Shown: one piece after another, positions 20,467 through 30,874 of the stretch
Layout of the letters: every line of letters starts with the position of its first letter
How positions within the stretch are numbered: the stretch's first letter is position 1
IMG/VR virus record: IMGVR_UViG_3300033121_001676
Span: 44,447 to 108,446 of that record
Strand: one strand, 5' to 3'
Length of the DNA: 64,000 bases
Origin: a virus
Lineage: Duplodnaviria > Caudoviricetes
Made by a program: the position numbers and the translations under genes
Notes under the pieces: generated by a model
What the model saw: only the letters and a program-made list of their open reading frames with translations
Databases searched by the model: none
Told to the model about the DNA's origin: nothing

Positions 20467-21042
20467 ATGCCAGTTAATTTTCAACAAGTTAAATCGTATT
20501 ATGACTCAATGCTTCGACTTTGGGCGCAGGCAGGGAATGATGTAACTGTTGATGATGTGAACAGAGCTCTTTCAAATTGGCACGCTGTTGGAACATATCT
20601 TACTGAAATACAACGTGAATGTGATGAAGATCTGTTTCGCGCAACATATGAACATCAATCATTTATCGATTCAGTATACTTTGAATGTTCAAAAGCTGTA
20701 AAACTTGAATCAGGTGGCACACCGACCGTTGCTGCAATCAATGCAAAGATGTCAAATACATTTTCTGCAAGATTGAATGAACTTTCAATAAGGAAACATG
20801 AAGCTGGATTGAATGAAAGTTCAGTTTCTAATTTGAGAAAGATGCACGACAAGTTTGTTTCGGTTCTTGCAACTTTGAGTTCAAATTTGAGAACTGATTT
20901 TGTTCACGCAAACAAGAGTGACCAAGTTGTTCAGACTGCGGGGTCTGTTCAAAGACCTACAGCACAAGCTCGATCAAATGGCTCACTCATGGATCATGAC
21001 CTGGCCTTTATGAACACTGTTTCAGGAGCTGAAAATGTCTGA
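20467..21042 (+). CDS. Helical protein, possible UvsY-like recombination mediator
   Basis: All-helical; upstream of SSB and RecA; function by context only. Confidence 0.4.
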   Translation: MPVNFQQVKSYYDSMLRLWAQAGNDVTVDDVNRALSNWHAVGTYLTEIQRECDEDLFRATYEHQSFIDSVYFECSKAVKLESGGTPTVAAINAKMSNTFSARLNELSIRKHEAGLNESSVSNLRKMHDKFVSVLATLSSNLRTDFVHANKSDQVVQTAGSVQRPTAQARSNGSLMDHDLAFMNTVSGAENV

Positions 21043-22147
21043 CCTCGATGACATGATTGAATTTTCTGAAAAACTCAATACTGGTACTAAGACGTACACA
21101 AAGTTTGAGAAGTGTGTTTTGACCGGTTCTTCCGCAAGTGTTCGAGGAAGACTTGTTGGAAAGTTCAAGCAATTCTTTGAATCATGGGTCAAGCAACAGG
21201 CTGTTCCGGGAGTCAAGGTTGAGAGTTACGGGAAGCCAAGACGAATTGTAAGTGCAGGATTTAGACAGCTTGAAGATAGAAGTTATGAATATCTTTGCCC
21301 ATTCGCGAAAGCTGTTGATATGCTTTCTGCAACAACACAGGATTCTGAAAAGAAGAAGCTTTATGATGATTGGAAGGTGAAGAGATTTTTTGCTTACAAT
21401 TTCATTCCAGTTGGAACTGTTGATGGAAAAGTTGATCCTTGGTGTGAAGCGAACAAGAATGCAAAGCTTATTACAACGAACGCGTCTAATTATGGAATTG
21501 GCCCAAAACTCTTCAAGGCTATTGCTGATGCAATGAAGGTTTATCGTGGTTATTTTCCGGATGCAAGACTTGATCAAGTTGATGTTGTTTTAACAAGAAC
21601 TGGTGAAGGTCTTGGAACAAATTATGGTTGCCAAGTTTGTCCTGTGAATTCCAATATCGATATCACCCAATACAAACTGTATGATTTTGATGAATTCACA
21701 ACTCTTACACCACTCAATATGATTCAATTGTATACTGGAATTCATCTTGGTGTTGATCCAGTTGCGCCAAAGGCACAGGAAGAGCCGATTTATGTTGTTG
21801 CTACACAACCAGCAATAACACAATCCCAGGCAGTCCAGCCGCTATCGGTTGCGCCTCACGTTGCCCAGGCACCAACGCCTACGCCAATACAGACAACACC
21901 GCCTGTGCAGACTCCTATTGTTCCTCATGTTCCTGCTGCACCACAAGTCGCAACTCTGACCAATACACCAACACCGGCTCCAACACTTGTCCCAACTCCG
22001 GTAAAGGTTGCTGCTCCTGCTCCGGTTCAATCAAGTGAAGAAGCTTGCCCGCACTGCACAAAAATCCTTGCAATCCCAGAAACATTGAAGGGTTGTGAAG
22101 TCAAGTGTCCTGCTTGCGGGAACAATTTCATTACAATTCCTTTCTGA
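21035..22147 (+). CDS. Putative ssDNA-binding protein (gp32-like) with Pro-rich linker and C-terminal Zn ribbon
   Basis: LCPF; DVVLTRTGEGLGTNY motif; CPHC..CPAC; upstream of recA. Confidence 0.55.
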   Translation: MSDLDDMIEFSEKLNTGTKTYTKFEKCVLTGSSASVRGRLVGKFKQFFESWVKQQAVPGVKVESYGKPRRIVSAGFRQLEDRSYEYLCPFAKAVDMLSATTQDSEKKKLYDDWKVKRFFAYNFIPVGTVDGKVDPWCEANKNAKLITTNASNYGIGPKLFKAIADAMKVYRGYFPDARLDQVDVVLTRTGEGLGTNYGCQVCPVNSNIDITQYKLYDFDEFTTLTPLNMIQLYTGIHLGVDPVAPKAQEEPIYVVATQPAITQSQAVQPLSVAPHVAQAPTPTPIQTTPPVQTPIVPHVPAAPQVATLTNTPTPAPTLVPTPVKVAAPAPVQSSEEACPHCTKILAIPETLKGCEVKCPACGNNFITIPF

Positions 22148-22156
22148 GCAAAAAAA

Positions 22157-23256
22157 TGATTGATGCAGTATCGTCTTTTCTTACAGATATCCGGAAACGT
22201 ACCAAAGCTATTGGCGCTGATGTTCCTGCATTTCGTTTGAGTGATGACCTCACATCTTATGTAGGTACAAAGATACCGACAGGAAATCCAAGAATTGATA
22301 CACTGATGTGTGGAGGTTTTCCACAAGGTCGTATCATTGAAATTCTTGGTCCGGAATCAAGTGGCAAGACAACATTATCTCTTGCTATGATTGCCGGTGC
22401 TTTGAGAACTTTGAAGAACTGTCTTATCGTTTACATTGATGCTGAACATGCTCTTGATATTTCTTATGCAATGCGCATTGGCGTAGACCCAAAAAGAGTC
22501 ATCATCCAGCAGCCTGATTATGGTGAGCAATCACTTGAATTAGTTAAACAGTCTTGTCTTTCAAGAATTGAAAACAAGGAACTTGTTGACCAACACTTAA
22601 TCATTGTTGTCGATTCAGTTGCAGCGATGGTTCCTGAAGCTGAATATAAATCAGATTTGATTAGTGAGAGTGGTGGTATGGCTCAACAAGCCAGGATGAT
22701 GGGTATTGCACTTAGACAACTTACTGGACCTGTCAATAATTCAAACGCATGTGTTGTATTCATTAATCAGGAAAGAGATTCAATTAACAAACACGGATAT
22801 GGATCACCAATCACATCTCCTGGCGGAAGGGCTTTGAAGTTTTATTCAAGTATTAGAATAAGGATTACAAAGATTGGCAAATGGGAACAAGGTGATGGAA
22901 TTAAATCAAAAGCTACAATCATAAAGAGCAAACTCTTTCCACCATTTCAATCATGTGAATTTCATATTGGTCCGAATGGTATTGATATGTGGATGGATAT
23001 GATTGAAGAAGCAGTTCAGTTTGGTGTTGTTGATAAGGCAGGAGCAACTTTTAAGATTGGAGAGCAAAAGTATACTGGCGGAATTATCAAGTTTAGGGAC
23101 TTACTTATGAGCAATAGGGAAATTGCACAAGATGTTGTTAACAAGATCAATATTGCAAAAAAATCTGGAATCAAGCCTTTGAAGATTGAAACAGAAACAA
23201 AGAGTGAAGTTGAAGAAGAGATGAGTATTGAAGATGCAAAAGAAATACTTACATGA
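22157..23256 (+). CDS. recA: RecA recombinase
   Basis: GGFPQGRIIEILGPESSGKTT; IDAEHALD; VVDSVAAM; GGRALKFY. Confidence 0.97.
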
Positions 23257-23708
23257 AAAACTTATATGAACCAGATTTAAGACAGCCTCACAAAATTCTA
23301 ATTTGCGGTGATAGGAATTGGACTGATGAATCCCCAATACAAAAACTTCTCTTGGTTCAACTTATACTATCTGAAAATAAGCTTGCTATAATTACTGGTG
23401 GAGCAAATGGCGCAGATAAAATTGCTGAAAAGCATTCGAAGATGTTGAATATACCTTGTCAAGTTTTTATTGCTGATTGGAATAAATATGGCAGATCTGC
23501 TGGACCTATTCGAAATAGACTAATGCTTGATGAAAAGCCAGAGGAAGTTTTTGCATTTCATAATGATATCAAATCAAGTAAAGGGACGAAGGATTGTGTT
23601 GTTGAAGCTTGTAGGAGAGGAATAAAAGTTTCTATTTATGCAAATGGAAAGATGTTCAATTACCTTGATTCTAAAGGAGAAATAAGTGAAGATCCTATTT
23701 ACAGCTGA
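23253..23708 (+). CDS. SLOG-superfamily protein (DUF2493/YspA-like)
   Basis: ILICGDRNW; TGGANGAD; ADWNKYGRSAGPIRN; SKGTK. Confidence 0.85.
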   Translation: MKNLYEPDLRQPHKILICGDRNWTDESPIQKLLLVQLILSENKLAIITGGANGADKIAEKHSKMLNIPCQVFIADWNKYGRSAGPIRNRLMLDEKPEEVFAFHNDIKSSKGTKDCVVEACRRGIKVSIYANGKMFNYLDSKGEISEDPIYS

Positions 23709-24696
23709 TACACATCTCGGTTTAACAAATCATTCTCGAATCATTGATGGTGTGAATACAAGAATTAGTGAGATTGAAGAATGTTTTGAATTTTGTGTTG
23801 ATTATGCAATTGAAAATAGTTTTGATTTATTTGTTCATTGTGGGGATTTGTTTCATAAGGCGAAACCAGACATCAATTCAATCTGGTTTGCATACAGACA
23901 ATTCAAAAGATTGATTGATGCTAGAATCAAAGTCAAAGTTATTGATGGCAATCATGATGCTGCATCAATTGTCAATAGTGTAAGTGTTGTTCATTTATTG
24001 AATTCAATTGATGATCAAGATCAAATTGCTGTGACTGGTTTGAAAGATCAAATTTATAAAATCAATGGTTTTAGAATAAATTTCATTCCTTATGGCGTTC
24101 CATTGATGGTTGCTAAAGATTGTGATATCGTTGTTGGACACACAACTCTTGAAGGTGCTGTTTCTGGTTATGAAAGTATGTTACTTGCTAAGTTCTGCAG
24201 CACTGAGAAAATACCTGATCACGTGACTGTTTGCGGCCATATCCATAAGGCACAGTTATTAAGAAAAGATCCATTTGCCGCATATCCTGGTTCAATTATT
24301 CAGAATGATTTTGGTGAAAGAGGTGAATTAAAAGGATTTCTCATATTTGATTCTGATAGTGAAAAGAAATGGAAGTATATAACAACACCTTATAGAAAGC
24401 TCGTTCAATTTGAACAGAGAACAAGCTTTACAAGAGATGAAGTTGCTGAAAAGATTGTCAAAGTAAAGATTACATCAGAAGAATATGTTGATGTTGAGGA
24501 AATTAAGAATTCTCTCTATGGACTTGGTGCAATTTACGTTACTGTTGAATTCAATTCAATTAAGAAGATTGCTTCAAGAAATTCTTCAATGATTGCAGGT
24601 AATTCAATCGCAAGTTTGTTTGAATTGTATTGTGAATCTGAAAAAGAAACAGAAGAATTCAAAAGTATTGGAAGAGAAATCATTGGTACTTTATGA
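23686..24696 (+). CDS. SbcD/Mre11-like nuclease
   Basis: ADTHLG; GDLFH; GNHD; GHIH; YPGS. Confidence 0.92.
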   Translation: MKILFTADTHLGLTNHSRIIDGVNTRISEIEECFEFCVDYAIENSFDLFVHCGDLFHKAKPDINSIWFAYRQFKRLIDARIKVKVIDGNHDAASIVNSVSVVHLLNSIDDQDQIAVTGLKDQIYKINGFRINFIPYGVPLMVAKDCDIVVGHTTLEGAVSGYESMLLAKFCSTEKIPDHVTVCGHIHKAQLLRKDPFAAYPGSIIQNDFGERGELKGFLIFDSDSEKKWKYITTPYRKLVQFEQRTSFTRDEVAEKIVKVKITSEEYVDVEEIKNSLYGLGAIYVTVEFNSIKKIASRNSSMIAGNSIASLFELYCESEKETEEFKSIGREIIGTL

Positions 24697-25340
24697 AGAA
24701 AATCCTTGCTGTTGGGATTGATCATTCTTTAACAAATACTGCTGTAACTGTGATAAGAATTGCTACACAAAAGATTGAAAGACAAATTACGATTAGACTT
24801 GATAAAAGAGATGAATATGATTCAAAAAACCTCTATAGAATAGCAATGGATATTGAAAATTTTTTGATGGGACATTATTGGGAAGAACTCTCTTACTATC
24901 ATGTCTATAGAGCTCTTGTGATTTGTAGAGAAGATCACAGCTTCAAACAACACGGAAGAGCACACCTGAATATTGCACTTTCTGGTCATTTGGATCAATT
25001 ATTTATTGAAAGGGGAATGCAACCTGGATTTGATTCCTACACTGTTTTGCCGAATGTCTGGATGAAATGGTCTGGTGTTAAAAAACCAAAGATCATTAGA
25101 GAAACGAAGAAACGTGATGGGACTGTTGGCATAGCAAAGACTTTGGATGTTGAAACATATAGAAAAATGTATCCGAGAATGGGTGCGAATGAACATGAAC
25201 TTGATTCATACTTCATTGGTCTTTATGGTTTGAAGATGTTTTCAGATCATTTGCAATCTGTTGAAAAAGAAGATGTTGAAACTGTTGTTGAAGAACAGCA
25301 GTTTAAGGAGGTAATTACTGATGAAAATTCTGGGGATTAG
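24693..25340 (+). CDS. RuvC-like Holliday junction resolvase
   Basis: VGIDHSLTNTA; CRED; NEHELDS. Confidence 0.75.
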   Translation: MKKILAVGIDHSLTNTAVTVIRIATQKIERQITIRLDKRDEYDSKNLYRIAMDIENFLMGHYWEELSYYHVYRALVICREDHSFKQHGRAHLNIALSGHLDQLFIERGMQPGFDSYTVLPNVWMKWSGVKKPKIIRETKKRDGTVGIAKTLDVETYRKMYPRMGANEHELDSYFIGLYGLKMFSDHLQSVEKEDVETVVEEQQFKEVITDENSGD

Positions 25341-27342
25341 ACTTGAAAACTATCGCACTCATAAGGAGACTTTTGTTGATTTTTCTTCTTCTACTATCAC
25401 TGGAATCATTGGTAAGACTGGTCATGGAAAATCTTCAATCTTAGAAGCGATCTATTACGCATGTTATGGAAAGATTAGGGATGAATCTGAACAAGATGTC
25501 ATATCTGATGGTTGTGATTACACTCGTGTAACTCTCGATGTTGAACATAAGAATCAAAAAGCAAGAATTATAAGAAAGAAGACAAAAGATAAGAGTGCAA
25601 CAATTGAATTTTATCTTGATGGTGTTCAACAGAATGTGATAGGTGGTTTGAAGGTTGCGAATAAAATAATTGAAGATTGGATTGGTATTGATTTTGATAC
25701 ATTTGTTGCCATTGCTTTTTTCAGGCAAAGAAATTGTGATGAATTCATATCCGCATCACCATCAACACGCAGGGTCTACCTGAATTCAATACTTAGAAAT
25801 GATGCAATTGAAGTTGCTTCAAAGAAATTCAAAGAACAACACGGTCTTGCTTCGAAAAAAATTGATGAATTGAATATTGGCATCAGTTATCTAAGGACAA
25901 ATAGTATTGATTTAGAATCTTGTCATAGAAAAATTGATGAAGTGAATCTTGCTTTTGTTGAAATTGATAGGGAAAAGAAATCTTTAGAATCTAAAATTGA
26001 AGAATGCAACTCTATTATTGAATCAAGAAAAAATGCTATTGATAAGAGAAACGAGTTGATTAATCATATCAAATTTGCAAAATCAAATCTTACTACAACA
26101 GGGAACCAATTGAATGATTTTAGAAAGAGATTGGTATTTTTTGATACAAGAACAAAACAGAAGAATGATCAGGTTTTAGAGTGGAAGAGAAGTTTTGATG
26201 AAATCAAAACTGAATATGATAAGATTGATAAGTTTGAAGATATCACATCAATTTCAATAGATCTTGGTGAAAAAAGATCTATATTTGGTACGAACAGATT
26301 AAAGAAAGAGAAACTTCTTTCACTTTCTTCAAGGAGGTTGTGTGAATCTTGTTTGCAAGAGATTGATCAAACAATTAGAGAAAAAATGATTGAAAATTGT
26401 GAATTGCTTATTCAAGAGTCAAAAATTCAGATCGAAAATCTTGAAAATCGTTTGAAAACTGCGAAATATCAAGAGGAAATTAGATCAAAGTTTGAGAATA
26501 TTCGTTCGAGAGAAATCAGATTTAATGAAAAAGAATTTGAAGAAGAGAGAAATTCAATTGTTGATTATATAAAGAATCTTGAAATTGGCTTTGTAGAACA
26601 AACTGAAAAATTGAATGATTTGACAAGACAACATGATAGTATTGTTGTTGAAGAAATCACTCCTGTTCAAAACAAGATTTATCAATTCAGATCTTCATTG
26701 AGTAATTTAGATTCAATGAGAAATTCAAATCAAAGAATTCTTGCTGAAATGAATTATAAGATTCAAGAACAAAAGAGAATTGATGAAGAATTGAAAAAGT
26801 TGAATGAAAGTTTGATCGAATTTCAGAAAAAATTGCCAGTCTTAAGACGGCTTGTTGAAGCTTTCACAGTTAAGATTCCTTCTATGGTGATTGAAAATGT
26901 GGTATCAATCATTGTAGATTTTTCGAATGTTATCTTGAAAGAGTTCAATGTTGATTATCAGATTTCCGTATCAACAATCAAAGAAATTGCATCAGGCGAA
27001 CAGAGGGAACAAATCAACGTTAGCATCCATAAGAGTGATGGAACGATAAGAAAGTATGACAGCCTGAGTGGTGGTCAAAAAAGTATTATCAACCTTGCAA
27101 TTCGTGTTGCATTAGCAAATCTTGTTGCTAATAATAGCGGAGTCAATTTTAGGTCAATATTTTTAGATGAAGTATTTAGTGATTTGGACGAAGAATCGTT
27201 GATAAGTGTATTGAGTGTTATCAATTTCTTAAAGAAGTATTTTGATCAAATCTTTATTGTCAGCCATATTGAGTCGATTAAAGAAACGCTACCAAAAACG
27301 ATCGAAGTCCTTATGGAAGGAAAAGTGAGCAAAGTAAGATGA
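25321..27342 (+). CDS. SbcC/Rad50-like ATPase
   Basis: GKTGHGKS; coiled coil; CESC zinc hook; LSGGQ; FLDE; VSH. Confidence 0.93.
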   Translation: MKILGIRLENYRTHKETFVDFSSSTITGIIGKTGHGKSSILEAIYYACYGKIRDESEQDVISDGCDYTRVTLDVEHKNQKARIIRKKTKDKSATIEFYLDGVQQNVIGGLKVANKIIEDWIGIDFDTFVAIAFFRQRNCDEFISASPSTRRVYLNSILRNDAIEVASKKFKEQHGLASKKIDELNIGISYLRTNSIDLESCHRKIDEVNLAFVEIDREKKSLESKIEECNSIIESRKNAIDKRNELINHIKFAKSNLTTTGNQLNDFRKRLVFFDTRTKQKNDQVLEWKRSFDEIKTEYDKIDKFEDITSISIDLGEKRSIFGTNRLKKEKLLSLSSRRLCESCLQEIDQTIREKMIENCELLIQESKIQIENLENRLKTAKYQEEIRSKFENIRSREIRFNEKEFEEERNSIVDYIKNLEIGFVEQTEKLNDLTRQHDSIVVEEITPVQNKIYQFRSSLSNLDSMRNSNQRILAEMNYKIQEQKRIDEELKKLNESLIEFQKKLPVLRRLVEAFTVKIPSMVIENVVSIIVDFSNVILKEFNVDYQISVSTIKEIASGEQREQINVSIHKSDGTIRKYDSLSGGQKSIINLAIRVALANLVANNSGVNFRSIFLDEVFSDLDEESLISVLSVINFLKKYFDQIFIVSHIESIKETLPKTIEVLMEGKVSKVR

Positions 27343-27710
27343 GCAATGAACAGCCTGAAGTTGTGCTTGATTACAAGCCAAACGAAACTGCGAAGGCAAA
27401 GATTGAAGAGTTGATCTTGAAGAGGAATGAATACACTGAAGCGATACTCAAAATTGATTCAGCTGTTGACCAGTTGCGCTACGGTATTAGCCAGATTGTG
27501 AACGGAAAGTCTCAGTGTGGTGGGTATGGTATTGCATTTGATCTAAGTGATTATGCTTGCCGTGAACTGTGCAATAGAAATCTTCAATCTGCTTGTGGAA
27601 AAATTGTAAAATCAAAAGTTGAATCAAAGAAGCCTTTGATTGACATTGAAAAGAATCCTTCTGCAAGATACCTTGGATATGATATTAGTCCGAATGTTGA
27701 ACAAAAGTAA
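27339..27710 (+). CDS. Hypothetical Cys-containing protein
   Basis: Coupled to the sbcC stop. Confidence 0.55.
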   Translation: MSNEQPEVVLDYKPNETAKAKIEELILKRNEYTEAILKIDSAVDQLRYGISQIVNGKSQCGGYGIAFDLSDYACRELCNRNLQSACGKIVKSKVESKKPLIDIEKNPSARYLGYDISPNVEQK

Positions 27711-27740
27711 TCATTTGTTTATGAAATAAAGGAGTCTAAA

Positions 27741-27917
27741 ATGGCAGATGCAAATTCAGTTCAAAAGAACATGTCAAAGGGTAGGGGTAACATCAATAGA
27801 TTCAAAACTGCTGATGGAAAGAAAGAAACGAAGCGTACCCCAAAAAAGATGAGTGCTGAAGAGCAGGGATACAATCTTGGTACCTTCAATATTGAAGGAA
27901 GTAAAGAAAAGAAGTGA
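27741..27917 (+). CDS. Small basic 58-aa protein (not in track)
   Basis: AAGGAG SD; MADANSVQKNMSKGRG...GSKEKK*. Confidence 0.55.
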   Translation: MADANSVQKNMSKGRGNINRFKTADGKKETKRTPKKMSAEEQGYNLGTFNIEGSKEKK

Positions 27918-29016
27918 TTTTCCTGTTGACGAAGTTGTTACATTTTTTCAAAAATTTAAGGAAGGAGATAATGAATCTTATTGGAAACTGATGCTCCATG
28001 ATCGAATTGAACCCGTTTTCAATCGCCAAATTAAGGTGATGAAACGGGTTTTTTCTTTGAATAATGATGAAGTGATTGAGTTAAAAGATGAGTTATATAT
28101 TTCCATTAGAAGAAGATTGTTGAAATTTGATATTGATTTACAAAAAGATAATCAGCACCAAGCAAATTCACTATTCATGTTCATTCAATTAATGCTCCTT
28201 GGTGAATCACAAAAGGTTTGCAGGTATCTTAAAGGTACGAGTACAAGAGATGAAAAAGGTTATTCAAGTATTAAAGGAATGAAACTTGACTTTGATGGTT
28301 TTGATAATAGTGATAGATATGAAGAGAATTCAAATCCAAGAGAAGATCTATCATACAAGTTATGGTCAGAAGAATCAAGAAATGTAATTGAAGATGACGG
28401 CGATTATTTCATACATAAACTGCTATTCAGTTACTTACAGAGCATTGGTGACATGAATCTTTATAATGCTATTTTGATGCGTTATGACAATGGTATATCA
28501 TGGAGTAAAATTGAAAGGATGTTGAATTTTAGTGCAGTTGAGAAACAGAGAATCATTACAAATTCAATGAGGCTTATGGTAGTTCTTAGAGCATTTATTG
28601 CTCTGGAAACATCAATGCAGATCAATATCACTGTTCTTGGAATACAAAGCACTGAAATCAATTTTTCTATGTGTATTTATGATGGAAAGAATAGAAGTGT
28701 TTGGTCACATGATTCAATAACACAAGATGACATAACAACTATTGAAGGAAAGGTTTCAGATTGGATTAGAAAAAATGATATTACATGGGTTGTGATGAAC
28801 ATACCACAAACTCAAAATAAGATTGATGCAATTATTGAAAGACTTATACTTAGAAGAAACTTATTGCTTGAAAGACTTGATGTTGAAGATCTGGTGAGTA
28901 GGATACACAATTTTGGTGTTTTGACTGAAAAGAATCATTGGAGTCGCAATGTTGGGTGTGCATATATTGCGGCTGCGAGCAAACTTGCTGAACTTGATAT
29001 TGTTAGGAGAAAATAG
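27853..29016 (+). CDS. Sigma-factor-like protein with a C-terminal degenerate RNase H/RuvC-like domain
   Basis: Region-2-like ELKDELYISIRRRLLKFD..LFMFI; region-4 HTH AILMRYDNGISWSKIERMLNFS; tail ITVLGIQSTEINFSMCI..WIRKNDITWVVMN. Confidence 0.5.
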   Translation: MLKSRDTILVPSILKEVKKRSDFPVDEVVTFFQKFKEGDNESYWKLMLHDRIEPVFNRQIKVMKRVFSLNNDEVIELKDELYISIRRRLLKFDIDLQKDNQHQANSLFMFIQLMLLGESQKVCRYLKGTSTRDEKGYSSIKGMKLDFDGFDNSDRYEENSNPREDLSYKLWSEESRNVIEDDGDYFIHKLLFSYLQSIGDMNLYNAILMRYDNGISWSKIERMLNFSAVEKQRIITNSMRLMVVLRAFIALETSMQINITVLGIQSTEINFSMCIYDGKNRSVWSHDSITQDDITTIEGKVSDWIRKNDITWVVMNIPQTQNKIDAIIERLILRRNLLLERLDVEDLVSRIHNFGVLTEKNHWSRNVGCAYIAAASKLAELDIVRRK

Positions 29017-29023
29017 GAAAAGG

Positions 29024-29050
29024 TTGTTCATTTGCTTTTATTGGTATAAT
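29024..29050 (+). promoter_or_regulatory. Promoter TTGTTC-N15-TATAAT for the tRNA pair
   Basis: TGgTATAAT about 15 nt before tRNA-Arg. Confidence 0.65.
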
Positions 29051-29065
29051 ATGGCGTAGTGCTAT

Positions 29066-29139
29066 GGGTCTGTAGCTCAACTGGATAGAGCAACGGATTT
29101 CTAATCCGTAGGTTGTGGGTTCAATCCCCGCCAGACCTA
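29066..29139 (+). tRNA. tRNA-Arg(TCT)
   Basis: Cloverleaf: gggtctg/cagacct acceptor; acgga-tt-TCT-aa-tccgt; ggttcaatcc; CCA not encoded. Confidence 0.93.
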
Positions 29140-29142
29140 TAT

Positions 29143-29214
29143 GCCAGTGTAGCTCAGTGGCAGAGCAACGGTTTTGTAAACCGTAGGTCGTGGGTTCAAT
29201 CCCCACCATTGGCT
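29143..29214 (+). tRNA. tRNA-Thr(TGT)
   Basis: gccagtg/cattggc acceptor; acggt-tt-TGT-aa-accgt. Confidence 0.93.
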
Positions 29215-29217
29215 TTT

Positions 29218-29994
29218 ATGAGCAATAAGGTTCAAATATTTCTTGTTGGTGGCAATACAAATGATAGGATAAAGATTGAAAAATGTTTTGAGAATAAGAT
29301 CAAGGTTAGGCATTGCAAAGATGAAAATTTATCAACAAACCAAATCCCACAAGTTGATCACATTTTTATCTATACAAAATTCACAAGTCATAAACTTGTT
29401 CGAATTGTTGAATCAGGATCAAAAGCATTTCAAAAGATTCATTACAATGATTCAATCAATGATCTAAAAGCAGAGATAAGTAAGGCACTTAATATCCCTA
29501 TTGTTGAAGATGTCGTGGTCGAGACTCCTAAGACTTTAGTAGTTACTAATGAAAAGAATAAGCGTGGTTCAATAAGAGCTGCATTGATTAAAATCCTCCA
29601 CCAACCTCCTGAAAGTGATTTTGGTGAATGTGCAGATAAGATTATGCCAATTCTTAATGAAATGGGTTTGACGTTGTCAAGGATGGCGCTTGCTCAGGCG
29701 ATAAGGAATTGGTCAAATAGTGTTAAAAAGAATGTTGGGCAGGAAAACAAGTTTGAAGAAAAACAACCATTTACAGAATCTGTTACAGTTGGTATTGTTA
29801 ATCCGATAACTGATTTGAAACTTCTTGTTGATCAAATACAATTCAAGGCACTTGAGCTTGACGAAATTCTTAGTTCTAAAGCAGTTGCTGATAAAAAGAT
29901 TGAAGAGTTAAAGTTTGAAATTTTGGCATTGCAAGAAGAAAATAAGAAGTTGAAAAACTTGATCGATGGTATTAGATCTATGGCAGTAACTTGA
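29218..29994 (+). CDS. Hypothetical protein, DUF2325-like N-terminus plus coiled coil
   Basis: IFLVGG...DHIFIYTKFTSH; true start ATG 29218 follows the tRNA. Confidence 0.5.
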   Translation: MSNKVQIFLVGGNTNDRIKIEKCFENKIKVRHCKDENLSTNQIPQVDHIFIYTKFTSHKLVRIVESGSKAFQKIHYNDSINDLKAEISKALNIPIVEDVVVETPKTLVVTNEKNKRGSIRAALIKILHQPPESDFGECADKIMPILNEMGLTLSRMALAQAIRNWSNSVKKNVGQENKFEEKQPFTESVTVGIVNPITDLKLLVDQIQFKALELDEILSSKAVADKKIEELKFEILALQEENKKLKNLIDGIRSMAVT

Positions 29995-30010
29995 TGAAAG
30001 TATCTAAATA

Positions 30011-30874
30011 ATGTCAATGCACAAAATTGGATTGCGACATCATGATTCAGCAGAAAAGCTATTTGGATATGTTGGGCTTTTTGTCAAAGAACCACTGAAA
30101 ATAGTTTTCAATGATGTTATTGACAAGAGTTATGAAATTGTTTATGAGCCAATGAAGAATATCATCATCAGTCAAACACTATTTCAAACTGATTCGTGCC
30201 ACAGTTCTGGTAAGTGTTGTAAGGTAGCTTTTGATCTCGCATATACGAGAGAAGGTTACCTTAGAGTTGTTTCAGCTGCTGAAAAAAATGCAAATGCAAA
30301 AAGACTACTTGAAAATTTGAAAAAGATTCCTGCTACTTCAAATGGAAAAGAGTTCGGTTTGTGGGTTCATTTCAATGATAAGGAAGCAAGGTACACTGGT
30401 CTTAAGACATGTGACTTTCTTGAACACCCTGATAGTGGCGAATTCAAAGATAAGTTCATTTGTGGAGTGCATGGTGGGTACACGAGAGTTTTTGATTCAG
30501 CACAGCCAGCACACTGTATCTTCCCGCATTTCATATGCAGAAAACGTAGTGATTATACGTCTTTTGTAGGCAGGATGCAGTTTGGTAGGAATTGGAGATT
30601 CGGCTGTCCTGTAGTTTTCAACCGTGGTATTGAATATTTTGACAAGGATTATCAACAAGATATTGATAAGCTCAAAATTATGCAATTGATGGCATCTGAC
30701 CTTAATGTTGAGACTTGGATACCAGAAATGGTTGATTGGATGATGAACAACAAAGATGAAATTGAACATATGATTACTACAGGTGAGTACCATTCAATTG
30801 TAATCCACCAAAGTGGTGTGATAGAAGAAATTTCTGCAGACATGTTTGGAGAAGAAAATGACGTTGAAGTCTAA
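30011..30874 (+). CDS. YkgJ-like Zn/Fe-chelating Cys-cluster protein
   Basis: CHSSGKCC; CDFL; CGVH; PAHC. Confidence 0.6.
   Translation: MSMHKIGLRHHDSAEKLFGYVGLFVKEPLKIVFNDVIDKSYEIVYEPMKNIIISQTLFQTDSCHSSGKCCKVAFDLAYTREGYLRVVSAAEKNANAKRLLENLKKIPATSNGKEFGLWVHFNDKEARYTGLKTCDFLEHPDSGEFKDKFICGVHGGYTRVFDSAQPAHCIFPHFICRKRSDYTSFVGRMQFGRNWRFGCPVVFNRGIEYFDKDYQQDIDKLKIMQLMASDLNVETWIPEMVDWMMNNKDEIEHMITTGEYHSIVIHQSGVIEEISADMFGEENDVEV

Noticed and set aside
29003-29217. 68-aa minus ORF and the 5' extension of ORF 29113
   Set aside because: They overlap the tRNA genes
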